The position numbers and the translations under genes were made by a program. A DNA stretch of 64,000 bases, taken from the IMG/VR virus record IMGVR_UViG_3300044957_000763, positions 414,841 through 478,840 of that record, one strand, 5' to 3'. This document shows positions 9,818-17,866 of the stretch, piece by piece. The notes beneath the pieces are model-generated. The model did no database searches and was not told the DNA's origin. It worked only from the letters and a program-made list of their open reading frames with translations. Within the stretch, counting starts at the first letter, position 1; every line of letters starts with the position of its first letter.

Positions 9818-10789
9818 TTGGAGATATCAGTGGCAACAAAAACAAAAAGCAACAATGAGACCGTTGCTACGGCATACTATGACCATGCTGAGCTAGAGTC
9901 TAAAATCTTAGCATACCAACAATCTCTTGTGGACAAAGACACAGTTTCACAGGAGCATTATTTCAAGAGCGTTTGTGATATTTACAAACCACATGAGTAC
10001 ATATCTAAGTGGTATGCACATTACAAGCATCTCTATGATTCACTAGAGGACTTCGAACAAGATTACATGCGTGTATTTTGTACCACGCTTGCGGCATGGA
10101 AGCCACGTCATTTACGCAAGCCGTCAAGGTATGGCGGTAAGGGTCATTTTCAGAATTTCTTCTGGGGTGCATTGTCTCACGCATACATTAACGGAGTTAA
10201 GTCAGAGGCTGCTGCTAAACGAAATCTTCAACAACAATGTCCGATATGCGGTGATTGGTGTAATCCTTTATCAACCCACTTGCTCAACAACCACATAGAC
10301 CTTCTGTGGGAGCGATTGAATGAAATGGGATATTCAATGACAGAATTAACTGGATGTCCATTTTGTCGTTCGTTCAAATTACCAAAACGCCAAGGACTTA
10401 GTGATGCAGAGTATAGAGAAAAAATTACTTCAACTCTGCGGAAACATATGGCATCAATGCACAGTTCTGTATTGTTCGAGACATTTCATGAAAAATTTCC
10501 TGAACATCTTACAGTAAGTGCAAAGGCTGTTTCTGTTTATATTCATGACTCAGATAATGAAGAGGAATCAAATGCATATGATGGATTTGAGTCTAGACCA
10601 GGCATAGACAATCTGATGTCGCTAGATTTGACACCACTGCAGATATTGATTATTGAGCGCATTCTAAATGAGGGATTGGTGAATTTACACTATGATGCGC
10701 ATTATGAATGCACAGAAGAAGAATTTCAAGATGCATTGAGCGGTCTGCAAGATGCATTAGTTATAGCCGGCATTGACACGGGTGTATAA
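9818..10789 (+). CDS. Sigma-70 region 2-like protein with two C2H2-type zinc fingers
   Basis: EDFEQDYMRVFCTTLAAWKP...GHFQNFFWGALSHAYINGVK resembles sigma region 2.2-2.4; CPIC-x9-H-x4-H and CPFC...H-x4-H; C-terminal LTPLQILIIERILNEG resembles the start of region 4. Confidence 0.5.
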   Translation: MEISVATKTKSNNETVATAYYDHAELESKILAYQQSLVDKDTVSQEHYFKSVCDIYKPHEYISKWYAHYKHLYDSLEDFEQDYMRVFCTTLAAWKPRHLRKPSRYGGKGHFQNFFWGALSHAYINGVKSEAAAKRNLQQQCPICGDWCNPLSTHLLNNHIDLLWERLNEMGYSMTELTGCPFCRSFKLPKRQGLSDAEYREKITSTLRKHMASMHSSVLFETFHEKFPEHLTVSAKAVSVYIHDSDNEEESNAYDGFESRPGIDNLMSLDLTPLQILIIERILNEGLVNLHYDAHYECTEEEFQDALSGLQDALVIAGIDTGV

Positions 10790-10791
10790 AT

Positions 10792-11190
10792 ATGAAAATA
10801 ATGACAAATCCTGAAAACAGCATTTCAGAAATTGAAGAGACCCCGGCAGTTGAACCAGGGCCAGGAAAAGACCCACAGGTCATAAGGGTTCGCGCAGGTG
10901 ACCCAAGAAGTGATGACCCTGACAAAAGACCAACAAATCCAGAAGGTCTATCCAGAAGTATATTGCATGTATTGAAAAAACATGACTACGTGCAAGTTTA
11001 CTCGGTAGGCCCAAAGGCACTGAATATCACCATGGCTGGATATCGTGGGGCCAAGGAGCGATTTACCAAGGTCTTAGATGGTTGGGTTTTGGTTTGTTCA
11101 CAATCAGAATATGTTGCTGAAATTGGTGGCAAAACCACGCTCGGAATCTGCACTCGAATTTATCCAATTCCAATCAAATTTGCTCAATAA
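10792..11190 (+). CDS. spoVS: SpoVS-family (Alba-like fold) protein
   Basis: VIRVRA...TNPEGLSRSILHVLKKHDYVQVYSVGPKALN...LVCSQSEYVAEIGG matches the SpoVS pattern (vlkVs..snp.svAgaia.vl....veiqaiGagAlNq...lic.p.f..ieidg). Confidence 0.75.
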   Translation: MKIMTNPENSISEIEETPAVEPGPGKDPQVIRVRAGDPRSDDPDKRPTNPEGLSRSILHVLKKHDYVQVYSVGPKALNITMAGYRGAKERFTKVLDGWVLVCSQSEYVAEIGGKTTLGICTRIYPIPIKFAQ

Positions 11191-11265
11191 ATTGAGAGCA
11201 ATCAGAAGGATTACATTGCCAAACCGGATAAAAAGGTTGATAAGCCAATAGCCCGCTGAGAACCA

Positions 11266-11562
11266 TTGAGTGTATGCGGTCAAAATGGTGAAAACGTATT
11301 CTTCAGCCAATGGCTGAGGGTTATCGAGAGCACAAAAATGCGCCAGCTACCCAAAGAACTTCAAGCAATTGATTGCCCTGACTTGCAACGAGCAATCAAA
11401 GAGTGTGTCGAGGTAGCCGCTACTAATTGGGGCATGGATGCAAGTGAAGCATCTGATATAGTGATTGACCGCCTCAAAAGTAACTTAATGTCTCGAAAGT
11501 CCCTGGTTTCCGCACGTAGACATCTGAGAGAAATTCCAGAACAAGACTACGGAGACTATTAA
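11266..11562 (+). CDS. Hypothetical protein
   Basis: Short helical ORF filling the gap; start could be GTG 11266 or ATG 11338; followed by a terminator. Confidence 0.45.
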   Translation: MSVCGQNGENVFFSQWLRVIESTKMRQLPKELQAIDCPDLQRAIKECVEVAATNWGMDASEASDIVIDRLKSNLMSRKSLVSARRHLREIPEQDYGDY

Positions 11563-11564
11563 CC

Positions 11565-11604
11565 ATGGTCTGGATGCGCTAATGCGCGATTCAGGCCATT
11601 TTTC
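11565..11604 (+). terminator. Intrinsic terminator upstream of nrdJ
   Basis: atggtctggatgcgc-taat-gcgcgattcaggccat (imperfect stem) followed by ttttt. Confidence 0.6.
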
Positions 11605-11622
11605 ATATATCAAAGCGGCTTT

Positions 11623-11638
11623 ATGTGCGATAAGTAAA
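11623..11638 (+). promoter_or_regulatory. 16-bp element ATGTGCGATAAGTAAA, copy 2 (nrdJ leader)
   Basis: Identical copy at 4820-4835; lies just after a terminator. Confidence 0.65.
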
Positions 11639-11695
11639 AAGAACACAACGCAATAGCGAGCTCGCAATGGAGCAAAAAAAGAAGTGATAAAAACA

Positions 11696-14389
11696 ATGCC
11701 TACAGAATCTGAATCATCAACCCAGTCATATGCGCATCACCCTGTGCCGCAATTTACTATAGCGCAAGTACTTGCAAGTAGTATTGAGTATTTTGGTGGT
11801 GACGAAATGGCCGCCACCACATTCGCCAACAAATATGCACTACAGACCAGTCTTGGTGGTGCTACGCCATATTGTGAACTTAACCCCAACGATATGCATG
11901 ACCGAATTGCTCGAGAATTACATCGTGTAGAGAGCAAATATCCTAACCCAAGAAATTACAAAGAGTTTCGAGATGCCCTTCAGGGGTTTGAGAAAATTGT
12001 ACCTCAGGGTTCTCCAATGTACGGAATTGGCAACCCATACGCTATTGTGTCTTTATCAAACTGTGTTGTTGTAGAAAGCCCAGAAGACAACATGTCGTCA
12101 ATTTTTGAGGCCGGTAAGGAGCTGGCTAATCTCTATAAGCGACGTGCTGGTGTAGGCTTGTCGCTTGATACGTTGCGGCCGGAGAATGCGCCTGTTAGCA
12201 ATGCTGCTAAGGCGTCTACCGGTGCGTGGTCGTTTGCAGATTTCTATTCTAATGTCACAAGAATGGTTGGTCAAGCAGGCCGGCGCGGTGCGTTGATGTT
12301 AACGATGAACATGTTGCACCCAGACGTGCACAAGTTTATTGGCATGAAACAAGACATCAGTAATGTGACCGGCGCTAATGTTTCAGTAATGCTTGGCGAC
12401 TCATTCATGAATGCGGCGACTACGCCTGGTGCGGAATGGATTACCAGATGGTCTCAGGATAAAAATATCCAAATGACCGATGAAGAAGTTGAAGAATTGC
12501 TTGCTCTCGGAGGAGAGTGGGTTTATGCAGGGGTGTCAGTGCCGACATTGCGCGACACTGATGAGGCGCATCCAATCTTGAACACATGGACGTGGAAGTC
12601 ATCCAGTCCTGATTTTCCAAGACTCACTTCATTTAGAAAGTTTGTAGCTTCTGAACTGTGGGAGTTTCTCAATCGTTGTGCCAGAAATACTGCAGAACCA
12701 GGATTGCTTTTCTGGGACAACTATGGCAGAGAACTCCCTGCTAACTATTACCCAGGATTCAAGAGCACGTCTACCAATCCATGTAGTGAAATCGCCCTGA
12801 GCCCATACGACTCTTGTCGATTAACTTCTTTGAACCTTAAAGGATTTGTAAAGAATCCATTTACTCCAGATGCGTACTTTGATTTTGAGGAGTTTTCAAA
12901 TTACGTGCGACTTGGCATGAGGGTCATGGACAACATTGTTGACCTTGAAATTGAGTGCCTGCAGAATATCATTAACATGATATCTGAAGAGGATGAAAAG
13001 GTTCTATGGGGCAAGTTACTTAGTGCCGCAAAGAACGGTCGAAGAACTGGCCTTGGAACGCATGCACTTGGTGACACATTGGCCTGCCTTTGCTTGAGAT
13101 ATGACAGCGATGAGGCGATTGCACAAGTTAACAGCATTTACAATTGTTTGAGAGACAACGCGTATCGAGAAAGCGTAAATCTAGCCAAAGAGCGCGGGTG
13201 CTTCCCGGTTTATGATTGGGAGACAGAAAAGAACTGTCCGTTTATTCAAAGGTTGCCAAGTGACATCAATGAAGATATGAGACAACATGGCCGTCGAAAC
13301 ATTAGCTTGTTGACCAATGCGCCAACTGGTAGCGTGTCTATTGTTTCGCGCACAAGTTCTGGTATTGAGCCGACATTCAGGCACTTCTATGTGCGACGAC
13401 AGAAAATCAATCCAAACGACGCTGATGCTCGAGTGGATTTCAAGGACGCAAGCGGTGATTCTTGGCAACACTTTGATGTGTTTGAGCGCAATATGCAAGA
13501 ATTCTTTGAATTCAATCCAGAAATAAAGGCTAAGTGGAATGAAGTTTATCAGAAGTCACCGCACAAGGATTTTGCTGACAACATGCAGTTCTGGACGGAT
13601 GAACTGAACAAAATCTTGCCAGATTACTTTGTTTATGCAGAGATGATTGACCCGCTTCAGCGAGTTAGATTACAAGGCGTGCTCCAATCATATATTGACC
13701 ACGGTGTTTCATCTACAATCAATATGAACCAAGACGTAACATCAGACTACGTTCGTGGGATTTACGAAGAAGCGTGGCGATGTGGTCTGAAGGGGGTTAC
13801 TGTCTATAGAGACAAATCACGAAGCGGCGTTCTGGTTACCAGTACAGACAGCAAAGCACCAACCGGAATTGTGGAACATGATGCTCCGAAGCGACCGGAA
13901 ATTCTACCGTGTCACATTGAGCGCGCCACAGTAGAAGGTGAAAAATGGACTATCTTTGTTGGTTTACTTGATGGCAAGCCATATGAAATTTTTGGTGGAT
14001 TGGCAGAAAACATTGAGATTCCAAAGAAGTATACTACTGGCTACATTCGCAAACGCAAGTGTGAAAAACGAGAAAACACAGACGAAAATTCTAAGCGAAA
14101 AGCATGTTATGACCTTGTCGCCGGCGACGAAGACGACCCACTGGTTATCAAAGATGTAGTTGTCAACTTCAATGATGACAAATATGGTTGGGGCACCAGG
14201 ATGCTATCGACCATGTTGCGCCACGGTGTACCACTTAAGTACATTGTTGAACAACTACGGCGCAGTTATGCCACATCGTTGCATTCGTTTAACAAGGCCA
14301 TGGCAAGGGTATTGGCAAAATACGACGATGTTGGTGGTATTGGTGAAATCGAAAGACCAGACAACTGCAGAACAGGAAACTGCGAGTAA
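11696..14389 (+). CDS. nrdJ: Class II (adenosylcobalamin-dependent) ribonucleotide reductase
   Basis: SLSNCVV, RRGALM, GANVSV, TNPCSEI, RRTGLG, NAPTGSVS, SGIEP, HGVSSTIN; C-terminal KRPEILPC..GKPYEIF (TSCPD-like) domain; no NrdB-like gene in the window. Confidence 0.88.
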   Translation: MPTESESSTQSYAHHPVPQFTIAQVLASSIEYFGGDEMAATTFANKYALQTSLGGATPYCELNPNDMHDRIARELHRVESKYPNPRNYKEFRDALQGFEKIVPQGSPMYGIGNPYAIVSLSNCVVVESPEDNMSSIFEAGKELANLYKRRAGVGLSLDTLRPENAPVSNAAKASTGAWSFADFYSNVTRMVGQAGRRGALMLTMNMLHPDVHKFIGMKQDISNVTGANVSVMLGDSFMNAATTPGAEWITRWSQDKNIQMTDEEVEELLALGGEWVYAGVSVPTLRDTDEAHPILNTWTWKSSSPDFPRLTSFRKFVASELWEFLNRCARNTAEPGLLFWDNYGRELPANYYPGFKSTSTNPCSEIALSPYDSCRLTSLNLKGFVKNPFTPDAYFDFEEFSNYVRLGMRVMDNIVDLEIECLQNIINMISEEDEKVLWGKLLSAAKNGRRTGLGTHALGDTLACLCLRYDSDEAIAQVNSIYNCLRDNAYRESVNLAKERGCFPVYDWETEKNCPFIQRLPSDINEDMRQHGRRNISLLTNAPTGSVSIVSRTSSGIEPTFRHFYVRRQKINPNDADARVDFKDASGDSWQHFDVFERNMQEFFEFNPEIKAKWNEVYQKSPHKDFADNMQFWTDELNKILPDYFVYAEMIDPLQRVRLQGVLQSYIDHGVSSTINMNQDVTSDYVRGIYEEAWRCGLKGVTVYRDKSRSGVLVTSTDSKAPTGIVEHDAPKRPEILPCHIERATVEGEKWTIFVGLLDGKPYEIFGGLAENIEIPKKYTTGYIRKRKCEKRENTDENSKRKACYDLVAGDEDDPLVIKDVVVNFNDDKYGWGTRMLSTMLRHGVPLKYIVEQLRRSYATSLHSFNKAMARVLAKYDDVGGIGEIERPDNCRTGNCE

Positions 14390-14431
14390 TCAAAACAAGA
14401 GTGCCGGAGCAATCCGGCACTCTTGTTTTGA
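14390..14431. terminator. Bidirectional-type intrinsic terminator after nrdJ
   Basis: 19-bp perfect stem tcaaaacaagagtgccgga-gcaa-tccggcactcttgttttga with a GNRA loop. Confidence 0.85.
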
Positions 14432-14434
14432 ACT

Positions 14435-14441
14435 TGTATAA
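14435..14441 (+). promoter_or_regulatory. TGTATAA -10-like element
   Basis: Follows a terminator; TATAA starts 13 nt before the SD-less ATG 14450; also at 4894, 9764, 10783, 20085, 26655. Confidence 0.5.
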
Positions 14442-14449
14442 AACGCATC

Positions 14450-14890
14450 ATGGCTCATAAAACAATCAAGGCAGTCATTATAGACGCTATGTTCTCTGAA
14501 GCGTATGTAGAAACACCTAGTGGCGAACAATTTTTGGGTTCTATTGAACTACAAATTAGAGACATTGCATCAGATGATATTTATATCAAGAAGCTCACAG
14601 AGGCGGATTTGTGCGAAATTTCTGGCATTGACAAGGCATTCTCGCCACTTGAAATCATCAAAGTTGCCGAGCACTTGCGAAGATTTACTCAACCTATTGA
14701 ACTAGATGTAGATGACAGGACTCATTTGATTAGCAACGCTATGATTAAGGGCGATACTGTAACAAAAGAGCCGCCTGCGACTACGGTTCGCAAAAACCGA
14801 CCAGCAACGAAGTCAAATTTTGGATTCAGTCCAGAAAAAGCGGGGGAGGCAATGGCTTCTCGCAAACGAAAACCAAAACCTCAGGCATAA
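14450..14890 (+). CDS. Hypothetical protein
   Basis: 146 aa ORF after a terminator; no SD; TGTATAA immediately upstream. Confidence 0.6.
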   Translation: MAHKTIKAVIIDAMFSEAYVETPSGEQFLGSIELQIRDIASDDIYIKKLTEADLCEISGIDKAFSPLEIIKVAEHLRRFTQPIELDVDDRTHLISNAMIKGDTVTKEPPATTVRKNRPATKSNFGFSPEKAGEAMASRKRKPKPQA

Positions 14891-14896
14891 TAATGT

Positions 14897-15388
14897 ATGC
14901 CCAAATCTGAAACAACATATCGAGAATCTGTTAACCTATATACACTTGCTCGTCAATTACAAGAGCGGTATTACATGCATCTTGGATATATTGACATGGA
15001 CGCGATATATTTCGCTGATAAAATTGGGGATAAGCCTCAAAAATCTTCGATAATTGATTTAAGCGGAGTTCGAAGTCAATGGGTGCGTCAAGTTCTTAGC
15101 CACACGTCAAACAATAAATTGTATTGTATTGCGGCTTGGTTTACCGAATGGAGCGAGTTGCCATACAATCAGCAAGAGTGGTTGATGTTTGACACACTGT
15201 ATTCTATTGGTGTTGAAAACGACGGCAAGATGCGTGCTAAAGATGTGTTTGAGCATGGAATTATTGCAGACTTTCTTGGCGTATATTGGCGCAAAGACAA
15301 CGAAATTCCGTCATTGCTCAACTCCAAAGAACCACTGCCAATTCCACCACCGCCTTCGCTTCATGAAGATGAAGGCAGTACTCTATAG
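14897..15388 (+). CDS. Phage metallopeptidase-like protein, apparently lacking the HExxH motif
   Basis: Layout W..l...qq.wl.F-DTLYS-I......m..KDVFEH..I....G.yW matches small phage metallopeptidase-like proteins, but the HELxH position reads DTLYS. Confidence 0.45.
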   Translation: MPKSETTYRESVNLYTLARQLQERYYMHLGYIDMDAIYFADKIGDKPQKSSIIDLSGVRSQWVRQVLSHTSNNKLYCIAAWFTEWSELPYNQQEWLMFDTLYSIGVENDGKMRAKDVFEHGIIADFLGVYWRKDNEIPSLLNSKEPLPIPPPPSLHEDEGSTL

Positions 15389-15454
15389 TCAAGAAGGCAC
15401 AAGTCACTCAAGATATCTGGTATGATACACAGACTGGTATCTTGAGATTTTAAT

Positions 15455-16558
15455 ATGTCTACCACATCACTTTACAACAAATACAGACCATATCAGTTCG
15501 GTCAAGTCAAACAAAACTTCGTGTCGCGAGTACTGCGCTCACAAGTATCAGCAGACAAGTATCCGAATGCATATTTGCTTCAGGGCCCCGCCGGCACTGG
15601 AAAAACCACCCTGGCCAGGATTATGGCGGCCGCTATGCTGTGCGCCAGTCAAAATCAGGATGGTGAACCATGTGGCGAGTGTCAGTCTTGTAAATTAACG
15701 CGCAATGGGAAGAACCGTGATGTCATGGAAGAAAACTGTGCGGACAACAGTGGTATTGACGATATTCGTGCAATCATTGATGAACGATTGCGTATTGCGC
15801 CTTCGATTGGAAAGTACAGAATTTTCATCTTAGATGAAGTCCAGCGACTATCTCGAGATGCGCAGGGCGCAATGCTCAAACACTTGGAGGAACCTCCGGC
15901 ATATGTCAAGTTTTTCTTATGCACAACAGACCCTGAAAAATTGTTGCCTGCTTTGCAAACTCGTTGCCAGAGACATGTATTAAAACCGCTCTCTGAAGAC
16001 GACCTGGTTGATTTGCTCACAGATGTAAGTAACCAAGAAGGCATTGTGTATGACAACGATGGATTGCGCATGATTGCGGAATCATCTCAAGGAAGCGCAA
16101 GGCAAGCCTTGGTATATTTAGAACACGCCGCCACGATTGAGTCTGCCACAACAGATACAGTGGGGCAAGTTCTAGGCAGAGGGCCAGTTGGGTTTTGTCG
16201 AGATTTATTGAATCATGTGATTGATTGTGAAGATGTTGCTATTCTGCAAATGCTAGATGTGGTCAAGACAGAAGGGCTAGACCGGGTTGCAATTGCTTCT
16301 GAATGCCTAAGATTGCTAATGTCAGTACAGCGTGCTAAAACACTTGGTGAGTCTCTGGAAAGCAATCCAATTCTTGAACCATTAGCACAAAAATACAAAA
16401 AGGGTTCAATTAATGCGGTTGCACAATACTTAGTCGAATCTTTGACCCATATGCGTGGGGGTGGCGTTGTAGACGACGCCGTGTTGCAGATGAACTTGTT
16501 GCGTGCGTCTGAGTTTGTGCGTGTTAAACGCGCCGAAGCCGCAACGAAGAGCAAATAA
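15455..16558 (+). CDS. dnaX: Clamp loader ATPase, DNA polymerase III gamma/tau (short gamma-like form)
   Basis: SLYNKYRP, Walker A GPAGTGKTT, zinc module CASQ..PCGECQSC, DEVQ, TRCQ, GSARQAL; 367 aa. Confidence 0.95.
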   Translation: MSTTSLYNKYRPYQFGQVKQNFVSRVLRSQVSADKYPNAYLLQGPAGTGKTTLARIMAAAMLCASQNQDGEPCGECQSCKLTRNGKNRDVMEENCADNSGIDDIRAIIDERLRIAPSIGKYRIFILDEVQRLSRDAQGAMLKHLEEPPAYVKFFLCTTDPEKLLPALQTRCQRHVLKPLSEDDLVDLLTDVSNQEGIVYDNDGLRMIAESSQGSARQALVYLEHAATIESATTDTVGQVLGRGPVGFCRDLLNHVIDCEDVAILQMLDVVKTEGLDRVAIASECLRLLMSVQRAKTLGESLESNPILEPLAQKYKKGSINAVAQYLVESLTHMRGGGVVDDAVLQMNLLRASEFVRVKRAEAATKSK

Positions 16559-16575
16559 ACCTGCAAACAGGACAC

Positions 16576-16612
16576 AAGCACTCATGGTGAGAAAAACTCA
16601 TCATGAGTGCTT
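16576..16612 (+). promoter_or_regulatory. Hairpin covering the start codon of the GNAT gene
   Basis: aagcactcatggtgag-aaaaa-ctcatcatgagtgctt, 16 bp with one G-U pair; ATG 16603 lies in the 3' arm. Confidence 0.55.
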
Positions 16613-17043
16613 GTGATTTTATGAACGACCTTAGTAAGTCATACAACGTTACCAAAGCATACGCACAAACGATTGTATGGATGAATTCAGTTGAGATTAA
16701 CTTTCTTTATGGTCGAGCGCCCAATGTTGTTTATATTGACAGCATTATAGCCAAGCAACCAGGTCAGAAAATGGGCACAATGGCAATCAAAGAACTTACA
16801 TACTACGCAGATAAACATAACGTAGTACTTTGGCTTGAGGTCAAACCAATTCCACACATGTATGGCAATAAGCCGGCATTGACCGAAGACAAGCTAGTTG
16901 AGATATACAAACGATTTGGCTTTAATCAAATTAGTTTCGGGAATCGCACCGAACTAGGTGGATTTATAGACATGCTTAGACATCCAAAATCCGTACAAAC
17001 CCTAACTTTTGAAGTTTTGTGTACAAGTGTTATTACGCAGTAA
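16603..17043 (+). CDS. GNAT-family acetyltransferase-like protein
   Basis: VYIDSIIAKQPGQKMGTMAIKEL (motif A, Q/RxxGxG-like) and LVEIYKRFGF (motif B). Confidence 0.7.
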   Translation: MSACDFMNDLSKSYNVTKAYAQTIVWMNSVEINFLYGRAPNVVYIDSIIAKQPGQKMGTMAIKELTYYADKHNVVLWLEVKPIPHMYGNKPALTEDKLVEIYKRFGFNQISFGNRTELGGFIDMLRHPKSVQTLTFEVLCTSVITQ

Positions 17044-17135
17044 TGCGTATGACCCGAATAACACAGACGACGCCGCCTGCTCTGCGCAGCCGAAGATAAA
17101 TACTGAAGACACTCCGGGTCAAGAGTGGGGTTTAT

Positions 17136-17804
17136 TTGAATTACGACGAAACACGTCTGATGTTATTGGTAAATAGGGCTCGTGGTGGCGACGAAGCGGC
17201 TTTTAATGAATTAATGCGCATTTTTGAACCTGAACTGCGCATGATTGCACAGAGGCTTTATATTGCTGGGTCGGATATTAATGATGTATTGCAAGAAACA
17301 TACATAGGACTCTGGCGTGCCGTCCTTGATTATCGAGACGACGCAGGTACATCATTCCACAACTTCGCCATAAATGTTTGTTGTAAACGCAGGGTCTACA
17401 CTGCCATTAAGGCAAGTAACGGCAAAAAGTTCAAAATCCACAACACGGCTGAAAGTCTTGACAGGTCTATAGTCACAGACGATGACGACAGTGGCCAAAC
17501 CCTGGCAGATTTCATTGTTGACCATAGTCCATCGCCGTTAGATATGATTGTCAACAAGTTAGAATATACGGATAATGTTTCAGAACTGCATTCAAAGATG
17601 ACTGGCATGGAGCAAACTGTATTCGACAGTTTCACAAAAGACCACACTTACGAAGAAATTGGTAAAGAATTAGACATTAAACCCAAAGCAGCAGACAATG
17701 CACTTATGCGCATCAGAAAGAAGGCTGCAAAAATCTACACAGAGTACAATTCAGAAGAACCCAACCCTGTCAAAAAGCCGAGGCGAAAAAACAAGTCAAA
17801 ATAG
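17136..17804 (+). CDS. sigH: SigH (Spo0H)-like RNA polymerase sigma factor
   Basis: ARGGDEAAFNEL, DINDVLQETYIGLWRAVLDY, SFHNFA..CCKRRVYTAIKASNGKK..HNTAESLD, YEEIGKEL..KPKAADNALMRIRKK: close to the SigH pattern (incl. IDNALQRVKRK). TTG start. Confidence 0.85.
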   Translation: MNYDETRLMLLVNRARGGDEAAFNELMRIFEPELRMIAQRLYIAGSDINDVLQETYIGLWRAVLDYRDDAGTSFHNFAINVCCKRRVYTAIKASNGKKFKIHNTAESLDRSIVTDDDDSGQTLADFIVDHSPSPLDMIVNKLEYTDNVSELHSKMTGMEQTVFDSFTKDHTYEEIGKELDIKPKAADNALMRIRKKAAKIYTEYNSEEPNPVKKPRRKNKSK

Positions 17805-17814
17805 CTATTCGAGA

Positions 17815-17823
17815 TGCGATAAT
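17815..17823 (+). promoter_or_regulatory. TGCGATAAT element upstream of dnaN
   Basis: Same core as the 16-bp element; also at 611-619 upstream of dnaE. Confidence 0.5.
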
Positions 17824-17866
17824 CCATATTGGATATCAGGTATATTGAATCTCGGAGAAATCATCA

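Noticed and set aside
10773-10790. TTGACA...TATAAA as a canonical sigma-70 promoter for spoVS
   Set aside because: The two hexamers are only 6 nt apart.
11563-11695. NrdR box upstream of nrdJ
   Set aside because: No match to the palindromic acaCwAtATaTwGtg consensus; the conserved element here is non-palindromic and shared with the ssb leader.
11696-14389. Class I RNR (nrdA) call
   Set aside because: No NrdB gene in the window, no C-terminal tyrosine pair, and a TSCPD-like tail is present; class II fits better.
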